From Nitrospirota bacterium (GTDB taxonomy: Bacteria > Nitrospirota > Thermodesulfovibrionia > Thermodesulfovibrionales > UBA9159): 64,000 nucleotides of DNA. The notes under the pieces were generated by a model. The model was not told the DNA's origin. It saw only the letters and a program-made list of their open reading frames with translations, and did no database searches. Positions 61,544 through 64,000 of this stretch are shown here, piece by piece. How positions within the stretch are numbered: position 1 is the stretch's first letter; the number at the start of each line of letters is the position of its first letter. The translations under genes and the position numbers were made by a program. The stretch is taken from the NCBI GenBank assembly GCA_963699545.1, contig CAVOUE010000005.1, forward strand, positions 256,001-320,000, read 5' to 3'.

Positions 61544-61580
61544 TGCCTTGTTAGACCACCATTTCTCATGACGGTGCTTT

Positions 61581-62318
61581 TTGCATTTTTCTTTGCCGCC
61601 TATATTCCTGTCGAGCGCGATCAAGATCCTCAAGGAATACGAGCGGGGGGTCGTCTTCAGGCTGGGCAGGATCATCCCTATCAAAGGACCGGGTCTTGTG
61701 ATCATCTGGCCCATCATCGACAAGCTCGTGAGGGTCAGTCTCAGAACAGTGACCTTCGACGTCCCGGCACAGGACATCATCACGAAAGACAATATCACGG
61801 TGAAGGTCAATGCGGTTGTCTACTTCAGGGTCATCGATCCTATAAAGGCGATCACTGCTGTCGAGGATTTTTTCTACGCAACGTCTCAGATTGCACAGAC
61901 CACTCTTCGCTCCATCCTGGGACAGAGCCAGCTTGACGACCTCCTCACCAAGAGGGACGAACTCAATTCAGAGCTCCAGAAGGTCATCGATTTCCAGACA
62001 GAGCCCTGGGGGATAAAGGTGTCTACCGTTGAGGTGAAGAACGTTGACCTTCCTGTTGAGATGCAGCGGGCCATCGCAAAACAGGCAGAGGCTGAGAGGG
62101 AAAGAAGGGCAAAGGTCATCCATGCAGACGGCGAATATCAGGCATCACAGAAGCTTGCAGATGCAGCACAGATAATGGCAACACAGCCGATGGCGATGCA
62201 GTTGAGGTACCTTGGGACCCTGACTGAAATTGCGAGTGAAAAGAATTCAACGATAATATTCCCTTTGCCCATCGACCTGATTAAACCATTGTTCGACAGG
62301 CTGGAGAAGAAGGACTGA
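61581..62318 (+). CDS. SPFH/stomatin-like (slipin) protein; true start probably near 61540 with a 5' frameshift
   Basis: [41 protein letters not shown]. Confidence 0.92.
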   Translation: MHFSLPPIFLSSAIKILKEYERGVVFRLGRIIPIKGPGLVIIWPIIDKLVRVSLRTVTFDVPAQDIITKDNITVKVNAVVYFRVIDPIKAITAVEDFFYATSQIAQTTLRSILGQSQLDDLLTKRDELNSELQKVIDFQTEPWGIKVSTVEVKNVDLPVEMQRAIAKQAEAERERRAKVIHADGEYQASQKLADAAQIMATQPMAMQLRYLGTLTEIASEKNSTIIFPLPIDLIKPLFDRLEKKD

Positions 62319-62505
62319 ACGCGGAAGAGAAGGCATAGTCATTGACCACCCGGACGAGGATGAAAAACCATTAACAAGCGCGAGAAGCTAAAGCTCAGAT
62401 TGGAGCTCAGGCTCCTGATCTTCTGTTTCTCCTCATGGGCAGGGTTTACCTGGGACTCGTGTATGAGCTCGGGCATGATCCAAATTCTTTCTCGACAAGA
62501 AAAGA

Positions 62506-63126
62506 ATGGTTGCGTTCCTGGACTCCCTGGGCCCTCTTTCCTTTATAGCATTCATCCTCCTCCAGGTGATACAGGTGGTTGCCGCTCCCATACCCGGTGA
62601 GGTCACCGGACTTCTGGGGGGCTTTCTCTACGGACCGGTGCTCGGAGTGGCCCTTTCCACCGTAGGCCTGACCATCGGTTCCTATGCCGCCTTTGCTCTC
62701 GCAAGGTCCTTCGGAAGACCCTTCGTGGAATGGTTTGTGGATAAAAGGGTCATGAAGAGATTCGACTATCTTCTCCATCACAAAGGGGCGTTCCTGGTCT
62801 TCCTGCTCTTTCTTATCCCGGGGTTTCCGAAGGACTATCTCTGTTATATCCTCGGCCTCGGACATCTCTCCACCGCCGAATTCCTCGTCATAGGCGGTGC
62901 CGGCAGGCTCTTCGGCACCATATTGCTGACCCTGGGAGGCAGCTACATACGCCATCATCAGTACCTGCGGTTCTTCGTTCTCGCAGGCGTCGCAATTATC
63001 GTTGTGTTCATTGCCATGGCTTACCGTGACAAGATAGAGAGGCTCCTCAGGAAATGGCACATCATGAAATACAGACAGCATAAAGCAAGAAAGTCAGCGC
63101 AGAAGAACGTTTTGCCGGGAGGATGA
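62506..63126 (+). CDS. TVP38/TMEM64 (SNARE-associated) family membrane protein; 5' end probably frameshifted from ~62360
   Basis: QVVAAPIPGE, GGFLYG, LIPGFPKDYLCYILGL. Confidence 0.85.
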   Translation: MVAFLDSLGPLSFIAFILLQVIQVVAAPIPGEVTGLLGGFLYGPVLGVALSTVGLTIGSYAAFALARSFGRPFVEWFVDKRVMKRFDYLLHHKGAFLVFLLFLIPGFPKDYLCYILGLGHLSTAEFLVIGGAGRLFGTILLTLGGSYIRHHQYLRFFVLAGVAIIVVFIAMAYRDKIERLLRKWHIMKYRQHKARKSAQKNVLPGG

Positions 63127-64000
63127 GTATGCTCAAGGACCTCAGTCCAAAGAAGACATTTGGTCTGATGCTCATTGCCGTGTATATCGTATCTCTCCCC
63201 ATCCTATCCTCCCTCACCTACGTTATCCTGAAGAACCAGGCTGTCAGAACCGCCTATAATGTGGGAAGAGTGCGACTCGTTAGCATGGAAGCGGTGAAGA
63301 CGTTTGTCGACGAGGAACTGAGGCCCATATTGTATCGCGAGTTGCCGGGAAGGTTCATTGTGGAGGGGATGTCCCGTTCCTATGTGGCGGGAGCTATCGC
63401 CCGCAGGGTTCAGAAGGAATATCCGGGGTATGTATACAAAAATGCATCCACTGCTCCCAAGAACATCGGTAATTCAGCCGACGACTTCGAGGCAAAGATC
63501 ATAAGCAGCTTTATAAAAGACCGCACGGTGAAGGAATGGAGCGGATTCAGAACAAGGTCTGATGGGGAGTATTACGTTATTGCAAAGGCGGGCGAAGCGT
63601 TCACTGAGCGTTGTCTCCCTCTGTCACGGTAATCCTGCCGGGGCACCCGTCGAGCTCCTGGAAAAGTACGGCGACCGTGCGGGGTTTCATATGACCATCG
63701 GTCAGCTCGTAGATGCAAAATTCGTTTATATCCCCATTGGTGTCCCCCTTGCAGAAGCGAGGAGGATCGTGGCGATCTTCATAGGAATGTACACCGTGTT
63801 CTTCGGTGCCGTTCTCGTCATCATCAACGTGGATTTTACCCGCCTTTATGATCAGACCGCATCTGACAAAAGGAGGATCGAAGAGATCAACCTCGAACTC
63901 ATGAACCTGAACCACGACATGGAATCCATCATCTCCGAGAGGACGATGAACCTGATCGCCCTGAGCGTTGCGGACCGTGTCAGGAACCCGGCGGCGGCCA
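63123..64000 (+). CDS. DUF3365 (Tll0287-like) heme-c sensor with a HisKA-like dimerisation segment; frameshift near 63620, truncated by the window
   Basis: TM, YKNAS.APKN..NSADDFE; removing one base restores CLPCHGNP, then YGDRAGF, a second TM, coiled coil and ADRVRNP. Confidence 0.72.

Overview
A gene-dense, moderately GC-rich bacterial chromosome segment. Gene content suggests an anaerobic Nitrospirota of the Thermodesulfovibrionia type (inference). Housekeeping blocks flank the window: pncB/dinB/rarA, U32/rnhA/pepF, coaD/rsmD/purN/surA, hypABFDE without hypC, ribD, LPS heptosyltransferases, trmFO-xerC-hslVU-rlpA and nfeD-SPFH. The most interesting part is a ~20 kb sulfur/selenium island (22.0-41.7 kb). 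It holds a pentaheme cytochrome c read through an in-frame UGA with a SECIS-like hairpin (ExtKL-type selenoprotein), a MacB-type ABC pair and a secreted monoheme protein. It also holds a dispersed YedE-TusA-DsrE set, a periplasmic rhodanese and thioredoxin, an outer-membrane barrel and a GGYG-repeat membrane peptide. Interleaved with these is an unexplained GT2 / radical SAM / B12-radical SAM / FAD oxidoreductase / GT-C module. Other signals: two orphan integron-type cassettes with related attC arms and no integrase, an exosortase beside a single candidate substrate, a GEMM-type cyclic dinucleotide riboswitch candidate, heptamer-periodic insertions inside genes, and a collapsed duplicate of a two-gene segment. 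Many single-base frameshifts, several in homopolymers, suggest assembly indel errors. No rRNA, tRNA or CRISPR array was seen.
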